Virus record (IMG/VR): IMGVR_UViG_3300003323_000550
Coordinates: 2,319-66,318 of that record
Reading direction: 5' to 3' (one strand)
Source: a virus
Length of the DNA: 64,000 bases
Part shown: in pieces, positions 54,853-64,000 of the stretch
How the letters are laid out: every line of letters begins with the position of its first letter
How positions within the stretch are numbered: position 1 is the stretch's first letter
The notes under the pieces: model-generated
Told to the model about the DNA's origin: nothing
The model's input: the letters and a program-made list of their open reading frames with translations, nothing else
Databases searched by the model: none
Made by a program: the position numbers and the translations under genes

Positions 54853-55216
54853 GGCACTGTGCAGGGTCGCTGAGCCATACCCGCTCGATGTCGTCATCGA
54901 CGCAACCGAGCGGCTGGCCGACACCAGCAGGTTTCCGCCGACGCCAGCCGAACTCGCAGAGGCGTGCGCCACGTTCAACGACCTCCTCCACCCCAAGGTG
55001 GTGCAGCTTTACACCGGCATCATCGAGATGGATTTCGGCCACGGTCGCATCGACATGCGCGGCCTCACCCGCGCCGAGCAAGACAGGATCATCGACAGCG
55101 GCGGCAAGATCGCCGGTCACAACGTGGCGTTGCTGTCGCTCGAACAGAAGCGATCGCTGATCGCCACCGGGAAACTGTCCGGCGCCGCGCCGCAGGCCCG
55201 ATTGAGGAAGATGTGA
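54755..55216 (+). CDS. Putative helicase loader-like protein
   Basis: YP.DVV..A..R....RFPPTPAEL...C. Follows the initiator-like ORF. Confidence 0.55.
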   Translation: MTSIESKAKKAKVLDLLEGYSSLIGKDLSGLTRALCRVAEPYPLDVVIDATERLADTSRFPPTPAELAEACATFNDLLHPKVVQLYTGIIEMDFGHGRIDMRGLTRAEQDRIIDSGGKIAGHNVALLSLEQKRSLIATGKLSGAAPQARLRKM

Positions 55217-55968
55217 AGTTCTATGTTGGCCTTCACCAGCCGCATGATGCTCGCCATTTCGAGCGGGCCTGCATCTCGATCAACCGGCTGCGCGGTCGGC
55301 GATCACCGGTAGAGTGCCCTGAGGTGCTGGTCGACAGCGGCGCGTTCACCGAACTGGCGACGCATGGCGGTTATCGGCACGAAGTCGAGGAGTATGCCGC
55401 CGAGCTCCGGCGCCTGCACTGGCACGGCGTGGTCAAGATCGTCGCTGCCGTCGCCCAAGACTTCATGTGCGAGGCGTTCATGCTCGAGCGCACCGGCATG
55501 ACCATCCCGGACCACCAGCGCCTGACGATCGAGCGCTACGACGCCTTGGTGGCCGCACTGCCTGGCGTGCCGTTCCCGGTTCTGCCCGTGCTGCAGGGCT
55601 ATGCCCCGACCGACTATGCTCGGCACGTCGAAGCCTATGGCGACCGGCTCAAGCCGGATATGTGGGTCGGCGTCGGCTCGGTCTGCAAGCGCAACGGCGA
55701 TCCCGAGCGCATCGTTGAGGTGCTGTGGGAGATTCGCCGATTGCGACCTGACCTGCGCCTGCACGGTTTCGGAGTGAAGCGCACCGCGCTACTGCACGCT
55801 GGCGTCCGCGATATGCTGGCGACCGCCGACAGCATGGCTTGGTCGCACGCCGAGCGCCGGATGAAGACCGGGCTGCAGAACGATTGGCACCGCGCTGCCG
55901 CTTTCCACGATCACGTTCTCGATGCCGCGCTGCGCGCACCTGAGCCGTGGCAAATGCCCTTACTGTGA
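55213..55968 (+). CDS. TGT-fold DNA-modification protein (DpdA-like)
   Basis: LVDSGAF, QDFMCE, PVLQG, GVGSVCKR, LHGFGVK, ADSMAWS. Confidence 0.8.
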   Translation: MKFYVGLHQPHDARHFERACISINRLRGRRSPVECPEVLVDSGAFTELATHGGYRHEVEEYAAELRRLHWHGVVKIVAAVAQDFMCEAFMLERTGMTIPDHQRLTIERYDALVAALPGVPFPVLPVLQGYAPTDYARHVEAYGDRLKPDMWVGVGSVCKRNGDPERIVEVLWEIRRLRPDLRLHGFGVKRTALLHAGVRDMLATADSMAWSHAERRMKTGLQNDWHRAAAFHDHVLDAALRAPEPWQMPLL

Positions 55969-55975
55969 GAACGTG

Positions 55976-56443
55976 ATGCCTTTCTTTGACGAATGGAACT
56001 ACGGCGCCGATGACGATCCCGACTACCGAGCTCGCGCGGTCAAGAACAACCTCGCCCGCATCGGCATCAGTCTCGATGGTGGGAAACTCGCCGGTGCTGA
56101 TCCTGAGCGGAAATCCGACCGCCAGACTTGGCAGGCCACCGCCCGCTGGGACCAGCGCTACGATCACCGCGGCAACTACACCTCGCACCTCGAACGCTGC
56201 GACGAGCATCCCCGCCTCGAGCGACTGACCAAACTCTACATGGACGGCAAGGTCGTGCGGACCTGGTTCGTCAACGGTATCGGCCAGGGCACCGAGGCTG
56301 CCGCCATGGCCGAGCTCGAACGCGCCGAGGCCCAAGGCAAATACCCCGGCAGCACCGAAAGCTACCTGACCCGGCCGGATCCAGAGAAACCCCGCAAGCC
56401 AGCGTTCGCGGCCGGCGATGAACCCGAGGCGAATCCAGAATGA
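55976..56443 (+). CDS. Hypothetical protein
   Basis: ORF coupled to the downstream MTase. Confidence 0.55.
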   Translation: MPFFDEWNYGADDDPDYRARAVKNNLARIGISLDGGKLAGADPERKSDRQTWQATARWDQRYDHRGNYTSHLERCDEHPRLERLTKLYMDGKVVRTWFVNGIGQGTEAAAMAELERAEAQGKYPGSTESYLTRPDPEKPRKPAFAAGDEPEANPE

Positions 56444-57768
56444 CCCGCACGACGTTCCTCGACGGTCGCGTGACCCTGCTGGCCGGCGACTGCCGCGAGC
56501 AGATCAAGACCATCCCCGACAACTCGATCGATAGCTGCTGCTGCGACCCGCCATATGCGCTGGTGTCTGTGGCGAAGCGCTTTGCGAACTCGCCGCGCAG
56601 CGAGAACACGGAGAACACGGAGAACCCCTATGGGCGCACTGGGCGCGGATTCATGGGCCAGCGCTGGGATACGGGCGAGTCCGCCTTCGCTGTCGATTTC
56701 TGGTCCCAAGTCTACCGCGTGCTCAAGCCGGGCGGCTACGTTCTCGCCTTCGGCGGGACGCGGACCTATCACCGGCTCGCCTGCGCGATCGAGGATGCGG
56801 GGTTCGAGATCCGCGACCAAATCGATTGGCTTTATGGGTCGGGCTTCCCAAAGTCGCTCGACCTCGCCAAGGCGATCGACAAGGCACAGGGCACGGTCGG
56901 CGAGCGCGTCCCCGCCGGCGCGCCGGTCAAGCGCATGATCCCCGGCGCCGATCAGAACAAAGATGGTTGGGAAAAGACCAACGGCCGCGAATACCAGCCC
57001 GGCAGTTACGTCCCCGGTTCTCCCGAGGCCGAGCAGTGGAATGGCTGGGGCACCGCCCTCAAGCCGTCGCTTGAGCCCATCTGCATGGCCCGCAAGCCGA
57101 TCGAAGGCACCAACGCCGAGAACGTACTGAGGTACGGTACGGGCGCGCTGAACATCGACGGGTGCCGCATACCCGGAGCGAAGCCCGACACAACACGTGG
57201 CGCATCCAACAAAGCGAGCTCGATGGTTGGAACGCTTGGCGCGCAAGGCCGCATCATCGACGACGGGCGCGGCCGCTGGCCCGCCAACGTCATCCACGAC
57301 GGCAGCGATGAAGTGATCGACGCCTTTCCCAATTCAGAAGGCGGTCACTGGTCCGGCGAGACACCAAGCCTATCCGGCAAGCAGCGAGCAGCTGGGCCAG
57401 AGTCCTTCGACCTGGGTAAGGGGTCTGCAGCGCGCTTCTTTTTCTCGCCGAAAGCGGATGGGCATGATCGCCTCGGCTCCAAGCATCCAACGGTCAAGCC
57501 GCTCGACCTGATGCAATACCTCGTGCGGCTGGTGACGCCGCCGGGCGGGCTGGTGCTCGACCCGTTCGCCGGCACCGGAACCACGGGCGAGGCCGCATGG
57601 CGCGAAGGCATGAACGCGATCCTGATCGAGCGGGAGGCCGAGTACCAAGCCGACATCGCCCGGCGCATGGACCTCGCGCTGCATCCGACAAAGCGCGCCG
57701 CAGTGGCGAAGTCCAAGAACAAGCTGCAGGGCGCCGAAGGCACCCCGCTATTCGGGGATGCCGTCTAG
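56440..57768 (+). CDS. N6-adenine/N4-cytosine DNA methyltransferase (beta class)
   Basis: DPPY precedes HPTVKP and LDPFAGTGTT. Confidence 0.92.
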   Translation: MTRTTFLDGRVTLLAGDCREQIKTIPDNSIDSCCCDPPYALVSVAKRFANSPRSENTENTENPYGRTGRGFMGQRWDTGESAFAVDFWSQVYRVLKPGGYVLAFGGTRTYHRLACAIEDAGFEIRDQIDWLYGSGFPKSLDLAKAIDKAQGTVGERVPAGAPVKRMIPGADQNKDGWEKTNGREYQPGSYVPGSPEAEQWNGWGTALKPSLEPICMARKPIEGTNAENVLRYGTGALNIDGCRIPGAKPDTTRGASNKASSMVGTLGAQGRIIDDGRGRWPANVIHDGSDEVIDAFPNSEGGHWSGETPSLSGKQRAAGPESFDLGKGSAARFFFSPKADGHDRLGSKHPTVKPLDLMQYLVRLVTPPGGLVLDPFAGTGTTGEAAWREGMNAILIEREAEYQADIARRMDLALHPTKRAAVAKSKNKLQGAEGTPLFGDAV

Positions 57769-58601
57769 GCGGGACGGTAGGTCGCGGCGATGTAGCGGCT
57801 CAGCGTGATCGGGATCATGGCGATCTGGGCGCTGGCGGCTTTTCGCTGTGGCGATTTGGAACCGTAAAGGCGGGACATAGACGGTTGAGCGGCATTAAAC
57901 CAGTCGCCGCCTTGTTTAATGCCGCTCGATTCCGCTGGGTTGGTCAGATGCCGAGTGTGATCGAAGCCATCGCGCTGGTTGATGTGGCCGATCGTCTTTA
58001 GGGCACGTTCCTCTCGCAGTTCACGACCTTGCGCTGCTGGGTTGAATGCCTGCCCTTTGCGATGGCGCGGATCGTCAGGGTGTTTCCAATCCAGACCGCC
58101 AACCTTCACCGCTCGCTTGGTCATCGGCATCAGCGCCGGCACGTCACCCCAAAGATAGAAACTGCCGAACGACCATCGAGCTCGTCCGACCCAAGGTTGG
58201 GCGCCCCGCACGTTCTCCACCACCATCGGGATGTGTCGTCCCGCCGCGAACGACGCCTCGCGCTGGATGCGGAAGCACTCATTGAACAGCCGGTTGAGCG
58301 CGGCCAGTTTTTCGCCGGTCTCATCTGCACGGATCGCCGCAGCCTTTGCCTTCGCTCGCTTCCACGGCATCGCCATGTAGCTGTATTCCTGACAGGGCGG
58401 CGAAGCGACGATCAGCGCGACGTCGGCGAACTGCGCGCCGTGAAGCGTGGCGACGTCCTGCAGCACGAGGTTGCCCTGATAGCGCAGGTCGCCATAGGCG
58501 TGCTCCTCGATGTCGTAGCCAGTGACGTCATAACCCTCAGCGAGGAGGCCGTCGGTCCAGCCGCCGAGGCCGCAAAACAGATCGATCGCTTTCGGCTTCA
58601 A
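57765..58601 (-). CDS. C5-cytosine DNA methyltransferase-like protein
   Basis: IDLFCGLGG (motif I), ASPPCQ (IV), VENV (VI). Motif VIII and the TRD look atypical. Confidence 0.8.
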   Translation of the reverse strand: MKPKAIDLFCGLGGWTDGLLAEGYDVTGYDIEEHAYGDLRYQGNLVLQDVATLHGAQFADVALIVASPPCQEYSYMAMPWKRAKAKAAAIRADETGEKLAALNRLFNECFRIQREASFAAGRHIPMVVENVRGAQPWVGRARWSFGSFYLWGDVPALMPMTKRAVKVGGLDWKHPDDPRHRKGQAFNPAAQGRELREERALKTIGHINQRDGFDHTRHLTNPAESSGIKQGGDWFNAAQPSMSRLYGSKSPQRKAASAQIAMIPITLSRYIAATYRPA

Positions 58602-59945
58602 CGAATCGCCCACACGAAAACTGTGACTGCGGCACACACCAGCAGCACGATGCCGCACAGAATCTGGGTGTAGAGCGGGGCGGGAAAGACGAGGTCGTCG
58701 GGGTCAATGCGGCGGATGGTCATTTCAGAACTCCCATGGCCTCGAGCAGCGGCGGGATGCCCTGCCTGGGCCGATACTTGGTGCGGGCGATGTCGGAGCC
58801 GCGCGGGATCGGTCGGACGCTGCGCACGGTGATGCGGCGCTCGTTGTCGCCCTGCGACAGAAAGGCAGTGATGCTGCCGCGCACCTCGGAACGGATGTCG
58901 GCGACCGGAATATCTGGTCGAGCCGTCACCGTCACGAGCATGGTGATCTTGCGGGGTTTGGTCATAGTCGCCCGCTGCTCCCTTGAACCAGCCGAGGCTC
59001 GCTGGCGATGTAGGTGAAGGGGTATGAATATTGGACTTCGACCAACTTGCCGATGAGGGATTGCGGGTCGGTGCCGCGTAGCGTTCCATCGGTCATCAGG
59101 TCGATGCGGACAGTACCCAGAACCGTGCTGCGAGGATCATCGAACCGGCAAACATGATCACCGGTAAGCGTGTCATAGGAAAGGACGCGCAATGCGTGCG
59201 GTTCGTCCGCGATGTTCTCGTAGCGGGCGGCGCTCATTCGACGTTCACCAAATCCCAACCCGAGCCGATGGCGATCGACTCCGTGCTGTAGCGCCCATCC
59301 TCGTAGTAGGTCTCGACGCTCTCGATCTGATCACCGCTCGGCACTTCGTCGCCGGGGAACGCCTCGACCAGCGCCACGATAGGGCAAATCGAACGCGCAT
59401 CGGTGGCGAGGATGCGGACGGCGCGACCGTCGCGGGTGCGGCAGGGCTTGTTGGGATCGAAGGTCATTTCATCAGCCTCCCGATAGTCGGATGCGCCCTG
59501 AGAATTGCGAGGCTTTCAGCGATCAATTGAGCCTGCGTTTGGGGCTTCGCATACCGCTTTCCGGTCCAGACCGAATGCGTGTAAGTCGCGGCCTTCTGAT
59601 CTTCCTTGGTCATCTTCTTCCCCATTTTCAGCGCGGGTCGTAGAGCGAGGCCGCACCAGCGACATATTCAGTGCCAGCCCAGACCCGACCGTTCTGCGAG
59701 ATGCGCGCCACAGCCACACCATTCTGGCGCAGGATGGCGGAGCGCGGATAGACCGTGCGATCCTCGGGGCCGCGATAGCCGATCCGATCCTGAGCGGCGA
59801 GGAACTGCGCCGAAGCGGCGGCATAGTCCGCGACCGGCACCCACCTGCCATGCCCGTTGATCTGCATTTCCAGACCAGCAACGGCGCGCGAGGCCATCAC
59901 GGCGTCGAACAGGTTGATCGGCGGGTCTTGAACGATGATCTGCAT
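58598..59945 (-). CDS. Leftward operon of small hypothetical ORFs (59945-59628, 59613-59464, 59467-59234, 59237-58962, 58965-58720, 58723-58598)
   Basis: Mostly ATGA-coupled chain. 59467 ORF has the TRDGR.VRI motif common in phages. 58723 ORF has one TM segment. Confidence 0.6.
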
Positions 59946-59980
59946 TTTCCGTCCCCATCGGCATCAGTGCCGTGACCGAA

Positions 59981-60029
59981 AACATGGGCGATAATATCTC
60001 TTGCGTCAATAGCGCAGTGATATTATCTT
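59981..60029. promoter_or_regulatory. Overlapping divergent promoters with 9-bp inverted-repeat operator
   Basis: GATAATATC (59990-98) / GATATTATC (60019-27). + strand TTGCGT-17-TATCTT; - strand TTGACG-17-CATGTT. Confidence 0.7.
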
Positions 60030-60058
60030 ACTGGACACGGTAAGCAGGAGATTGAGCG

Positions 60059-60208
60059 ATGCCAGTGAACAAGGAGACCGAGGTGCAGTTCGCCCTCCGC
60101 CTTCCCAAGGACATCCATTCCAAGGTCGTCAAGAAGGCCCAGGCCGAACGCCGCAGCGTAAACGCGCAGATCGTTCGTGCGGTCGAAAAGGACGTGGCTG
60201 CAAAATGA
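60059..60208 (+). CDS. Arc-like ribbon-helix-helix repressor (49 aa, not in ORF track)
   Basis: QFALRLPKDIHSKVVKKAQAERRSVNAQIV is close to the Arc consensus; AGGAG SD. Confidence 0.85.
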   Translation: MPVNKETEVQFALRLPKDIHSKVVKKAQAERRSVNAQIVRAVEKDVAAK

Positions 60209-60843
60209 CGTCCGACCTCTTGATCGCAGAAGACCCGTTCTCGACCAGTCTCGACCGCGCCGTGCTCGCTGCTGGTCTTACCGGCTCCGACTTCAACGAT
60301 GCCTATGCTTCTGCAGGTTGGAACGATCTTACACCAGCCGAACGCGCCAACATGCTCGAATACGCCCGAGCATGTGAGGATAACGTTCAGTGGGACGCGA
60401 TGATCCTGCGGCATTCGATGCGCGGCTGGCGGCTGACATTCGACATCGGCTGCATGGCTTGGACCAAGGTGCCTTGGACCGATGCCGACAAAGCTCACGA
60501 GCGTCGGCAATTTCAGGGAGTTCGATGAAATGAAGGGCAACTTCAGCGTCCTGATCCTGATCATTCTCGCGGGCCTGCTGGCCTTCGGCTTCATACAGGC
60601 CGCGACAGATCACCAGCCGGACCAGCCAACGGAGCAACAGCCATGAACTCCCACGCCCACGACCTGATGCTCAAGACCATCATCGAGGTTGATCTGGAAG
60701 ATGGCGCGCCAGCAGCTATCGACCATGCCCTTGCAGCCTACAGGGTGCTGACAGGCTGCACCGAGGCCGAAACGGCGAAGCTGTCCGTCAATGCCCTGCG
60801 CAAGGCTGCAAGGGCGTATGGGGCGAAGGAGGATAGAGGATGA
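60205..60843 (+). CDS. Three small hypothetical ORFs (60205-60528, 60530-60646 with one TM segment, 60643-60843)
   Basis: Closely packed or overlapping ORFs. Confidence 0.5.
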
Positions 60844-61469
60844 GCGAGACGATCTCACCACAAGACCCGCTGGCGATCATCGCCGGCATTCGGCAATTCG
60901 GGCTTGCGCCGGATGGCTCCGATCTTCGTGATTTGGAAGTCGCTCTCGTGCGCGCCGCTCGCCCTGTGGAGGTGACGGACGCGCAGGTTGAGGACGTGAC
61001 GATCCCGAGAGACGTTGCCCAAGCGCTGTTCAGTTACGGGTGCGTCCATCCAGTGACCGGCGTCCACTACGCTATGACCCACAAAGCGGCCCTTGAGAGA
61101 CTGTCAGAGGCGATGCGTCCGCGCGCCGCCCTCGAAGCCGCCCGCCTCCCTGACCTGTCTGCCGTGCGACGGGAAGCGCTGGAGGAAGCGGCGCGCGATC
61201 TGCTCAGGTTCGGTGAAAGGGACAAGCTGTACGCCCATCAAGCTGCTGCCCGTGTCCGCGCCCTCATCGACACGCCAGCACCACAGACGGACGGGATGGT
61301 GCTGACCAATGCGCTGATCAACAGGTTGGACAGCGACAGCTTGGACGTAATCATGGAAGTCGTCGGCGAAGGCCCCGAGTTTGCCCAATACAACAAGGGC
61401 AAGAGCGTCATGCGAGCTTGGTTCCTCGCCACGTTGCGCACTCTCGCCGCTTCCGGAGCCTCCCAATGA
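60840..61469 (+). CDS. Mosaic Ead/Eaa-type hypothetical protein
   Basis: VEVTDAQVE, RAALEAA, RREALEEAA modules. Confidence 0.6.
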   Translation: MSETISPQDPLAIIAGIRQFGLAPDGSDLRDLEVALVRAARPVEVTDAQVEDVTIPRDVAQALFSYGCVHPVTGVHYAMTHKAALERLSEAMRPRAALEAARLPDLSAVRREALEEAARDLLRFGERDKLYAHQAAARVRALIDTPAPQTDGMVLTNALINRLDSDSLDVIMEVVGEGPEFAQYNKGKSVMRAWFLATLRTLAASGASQ

Positions 61470-61678
61470 ACCCGGACCTTCGCAAAGGCGATACGGTCAA
61501 CATCGTCACCGACAGCTATGCGGGCATCGTCCTGCACCCTGCGGTCGTCGTCGGCTTCACGGCGAAGCGCGTCCGTGTTCGGATGACGTATCGAACTAAG
61601 CTGCCAAAAGGGTGGATCGAGGAGGGTGCGACGGCACTCGTTCCGGCCTACGCGCTCCAACGGGTGGCATCCCAATGA
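61466..61678 (+). CDS. Small SH3/KOW-like hypothetical protein
   Basis: LRKGDTV...AVVVGFTAKRVRV. Confidence 0.5.
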   Translation: MNPDLRKGDTVNIVTDSYAGIVLHPAVVVGFTAKRVRVRMTYRTKLPKGWIEEGATALVPAYALQRVASQ

Positions 61679-62379
61679 ACCCGGAAGCGAGCCCAGCAAT
61701 GACACAGAACAGAGACGCAGGAGTGCCGCAGGTGGTTCCGCTCGATGAGGCAACCAACGGGCTGGGCCACATGCGCAAGATCAGCAATCTGATCGAGCAG
61801 CTAACCCATATCCGCGACGCTTTTGGGGACACGTGCGTCTATATCCGGCGCGGCGGTCTGTCTTGGGGCGCTGTAGCGCTCAATTGGGAAGCCGACGACG
61901 CGAAGCACGGTGTTTTCGACGTGCAAGCCAAGCACGACCGCGACATGCAGGACCGAGCGGACCAAGTCGAACGGCTAATCAAGGACCGCAACGAGTGGCG
62001 GGACAAAGCACTCGCCGCCCTCCCGCCCTCCACACCTGACGGGGGAGAGGCGGTTGGCTGGCGCTATCGTCCAGTAGGAGCAGGCCAGCATGCCCCGGAT
62101 GTTTGGCTTATGCTCAACGGCCCGTGGCCAGAGGCATGGGGGCTCGATGCATGGGAGCGCGAACCCCTCTACGCCCATCCCCAATCCGCGGCTTCCCTCA
62201 GGGCGGGGGTGGTGGAGGCAGTAAAGGATGCGCTGCACGACTTCGATTTGGTGGCGGACGGAACGCCAGAAGATGAATACGGCCCCCGCGTCGAAGCGAC
62301 CGAAGCGGAGTTGAGGGACGCCTGCCAGACCTTCGTCATCGCCATCCGCCACGCGCTCACGGAGGCCGATCATGGCTGA
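61675..62379 (+). CDS. Mosaic hypothetical protein
   Basis: GEAVGWRYR...EPLYAHP module. Confidence 0.6.
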   Translation: MNPEASPAMTQNRDAGVPQVVPLDEATNGLGHMRKISNLIEQLTHIRDAFGDTCVYIRRGGLSWGAVALNWEADDAKHGVFDVQAKHDRDMQDRADQVERLIKDRNEWRDKALAALPPSTPDGGEAVGWRYRPVGAGQHAPDVWLMLNGPWPEAWGLDAWEREPLYAHPQSAASLRAGVVEAVKDALHDFDLVADGTPEDEYGPRVEATEAELRDACQTFVIAIRHALTEADHG

Positions 62380-62917
62380 TCGCGGACTGACGGAAGCCGA
62401 ATTGAAGGCGCAGGCGGAACGCTGCCCATGCCGAGGTGCAAATGACCTGTGCGTTTGCCAGAACGTGCCGGACACGGTGACGATCAAGGAATGGGGCCTT
62501 AAGCAACCAATCCCGAGTGGCTACTACAACCTGCTCGACCTGTTGGAAAAGATCGCGCGGCCCGATCTCGATCCGAACATGGATATCGCGGACGGCGTGA
62601 CGCTCATGGACTATTGGCGACGCGATGCCGCAGCGCTGATCCCCGTCGTGCGCCAAGGCGACATCGTGATCGATGAGCCGCTTTTCAAGCTGCTTCACGA
62701 TGCCACCTGGGAGGCGCAGAGGCAGCGCGATCTCAGGCAGGAATATCGAAGCCGCAGCGCGAACTTCCCAAGCATGGTTCCTGTCCCGCATGCACAGGAC
62801 GCGGCGAAGATGATCGATGCTCTCGTCGCCGCTTTCCGGCGCGCGGCCTCTGCTGAAACCGACCACGATTACGCAGGCGACATTGGCCTTTCTTCTGGAG
62901 GGACGCCCGGAATATGA
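62372..62917 (+). CDS. Hypothetical protein with Cys cluster
   Basis: CPCRG..DLCVCQN. Confidence 0.55.
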   Translation: MADRGLTEAELKAQAERCPCRGANDLCVCQNVPDTVTIKEWGLKQPIPSGYYNLLDLLEKIARPDLDPNMDIADGVTLMDYWRRDAAALIPVVRQGDIVIDEPLFKLLHDATWEAQRQRDLRQEYRSRSANFPSMVPVPHAQDAAKMIDALVAAFRRAASAETDHDYAGDIGLSSGGTPGI

Positions 62918-63765
62918 GCCAGAATTCAGCGGACATCCTACGCGATCTCGATTATCTGATCGATGATGTAGTCGCCGACGCCTACGTGCGCGGCGCCGAA
63001 GGACTCAGCACAGAGGTGTCGCCAGCCTCGGCCAAAACGCTGAGCGATGCCATCGCCGCAGCACTCGATGCTCTCCTGCCGCCAACTGACATTGAAGCCG
63101 GTGCAGAGACCGTTCTCAAAGCGCAGCGTAGCACCCAGCCCAACGATGTCTATGACCGCATAGTCGCCACGTCGCAGGCCATCAGCCTCAAGCGCATCGC
63201 TGACGCGCTCGACAACGAGAAGACACCATCAGTAGGAGCATCTGTGAGCGAACCCCGGTCGGGCAAGTCGATGCCGGGAAAGGATGCAAGCAGGACAGTC
63301 CCTCAGGCTAGCCACGAGGACAACAGGGTTGAGGCGACACCAAGCGACCCTCAACAACCGGCCCTTAGAACCGGCGTCGCGTCCGGTCCTACTGATCCGA
63401 AGCGCAAGCACGGCTACACGGTCAATCTAACCGAGGAGGAGATGGACACGCTGGAGGCTCTAGCCAAGGAACACGGACTACCCCCATGGCGCGTTCTGTT
63501 GCAGGGCTTGCGGCTGTATCAGTTGACCGTCCATCCAGTCGATCTTGGGCCGAAACTCGATCCGTCGCTCGCCCAACCCGCCCCTGACACTGCGATACGG
63601 GAAGCGGCGCTTGAGGAAGCGGCGAAGTGGCATGACGAGCAGGCTGAAGAATGCCGACGCCGGGCCAAGAGCGACGGTGGCGACGACGAAACTTGGCCCA
63701 ACCGCGCCCGAGTTCACTCCGAAAGCGCCGCCGCAATTCGTTCCATCGCCGTACAGGGGGAGTAG
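62914..63765 (+). CDS. Mosaic hypothetical protein
   Basis: SQAISLKRIADAL module, RHH-like YTVNLTEEE..LEALAKEHG segment, REAALEEAA module. Confidence 0.6.
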   Translation: MSQNSADILRDLDYLIDDVVADAYVRGAEGLSTEVSPASAKTLSDAIAAALDALLPPTDIEAGAETVLKAQRSTQPNDVYDRIVATSQAISLKRIADALDNEKTPSVGASVSEPRSGKSMPGKDASRTVPQASHEDNRVEATPSDPQQPALRTGVASGPTDPKRKHGYTVNLTEEEMDTLEALAKEHGLPPWRVLLQGLRLYQLTVHPVDLGPKLDPSLAQPAPDTAIREAALEEAAKWHDEQAEECRRRAKSDGGDDETWPNRARVHSESAAAIRSIAVQGE

Positions 63766-63999
63766 ATGGCCAGAGTGACGAAAACGCAGATCGCGGCGAT
63801 GCAGGAAATCGAGCGCAGCCTGACTGGAACGCTGATCTTTGGGTCCGGGTACGGTAGATTTCGCGTTGCCCTGCGGCCCCTGGTACATCGACATGACGGC
63901 CTATTGACCTACTTTCGACGCGACGATGGGGCGGAGCAATTCGGCCTTACCGACGCTGGTCGTGAGGTTCTGGCAGCCGTACAGGGGGAGAGGACGTAG
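63766..63999 (+). CDS. Small hypothetical protein
   Basis: GGGGAG SD; LTDAGREVL wHTH-like ending. Confidence 0.5.
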   Translation: MARVTKTQIAAMQEIERSLTGTLIFGSGYGRFRVALRPLVHRHDGLLTYFRRDDGAEQFGLTDAGREVLAAVQGERT

Positions 64000-64000
64000 A

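Larger units (their letters stand above)
1..64000. mobile_element. Tailed dsDNA phage genome (podovirus-type morphogenesis), likely near-complete and circularly permuted
   Basis: TerL, portal, scaffold, MCP, adaptor/nozzle, ejection proteins, lysozyme and early genes fill the window. No host housekeeping genes. Both ends are runs of + strand small phage ORFs. Confidence 0.95.

Overview
The whole 64 kb reads as one GC-rich double-stranded DNA tailed-phage genome with podovirus-type morphogenesis genes of the BPP-1/APSE-like layout. It is probably near-complete and circularly permuted. An alphaproteobacterial host is inferred from the Tat-signal ORF, the GapR-like ORF and the high GC. The order is: small ORFs and a dual-specificity phosphatase; terminase large subunit; portal, scaffold, major capsid and cement proteins; three tandem tail-adaptor paralogues; an enlarged nozzle; ejection proteins (one with a lytic transglycosylase domain, one 2,164-aa polyvalent protein); fibres; a lysis and membrane cluster; a leftward recombination operon (RecT-like, ASCH, J-domain); two divergent promoter regions each followed by an Arc-like gene; a Tad2/DUF2829 anti-defence gene; a minimal replication module; and a DNA-modification cluster (TGT/DpdA-like, N6/N4 and C5 methyltransferases). 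I recognised no integrase, CI repressor, DNA polymerase, tRNA, CRISPR array or reverse transcriptase. Two observations stand out. (1) Six decoration- or fibre-like genes in the structural operon carry Sec-type signal peptides, and five have paired cysteines, suggesting virion appendages that are exported and folded in the periplasm. (2) A ~545-nt non-coding, densely base-paired element lies one gene upstream of a replication initiator that seems to lack its DNA-binding domain. All family assignments come from motif recognition by eye, not database searches.
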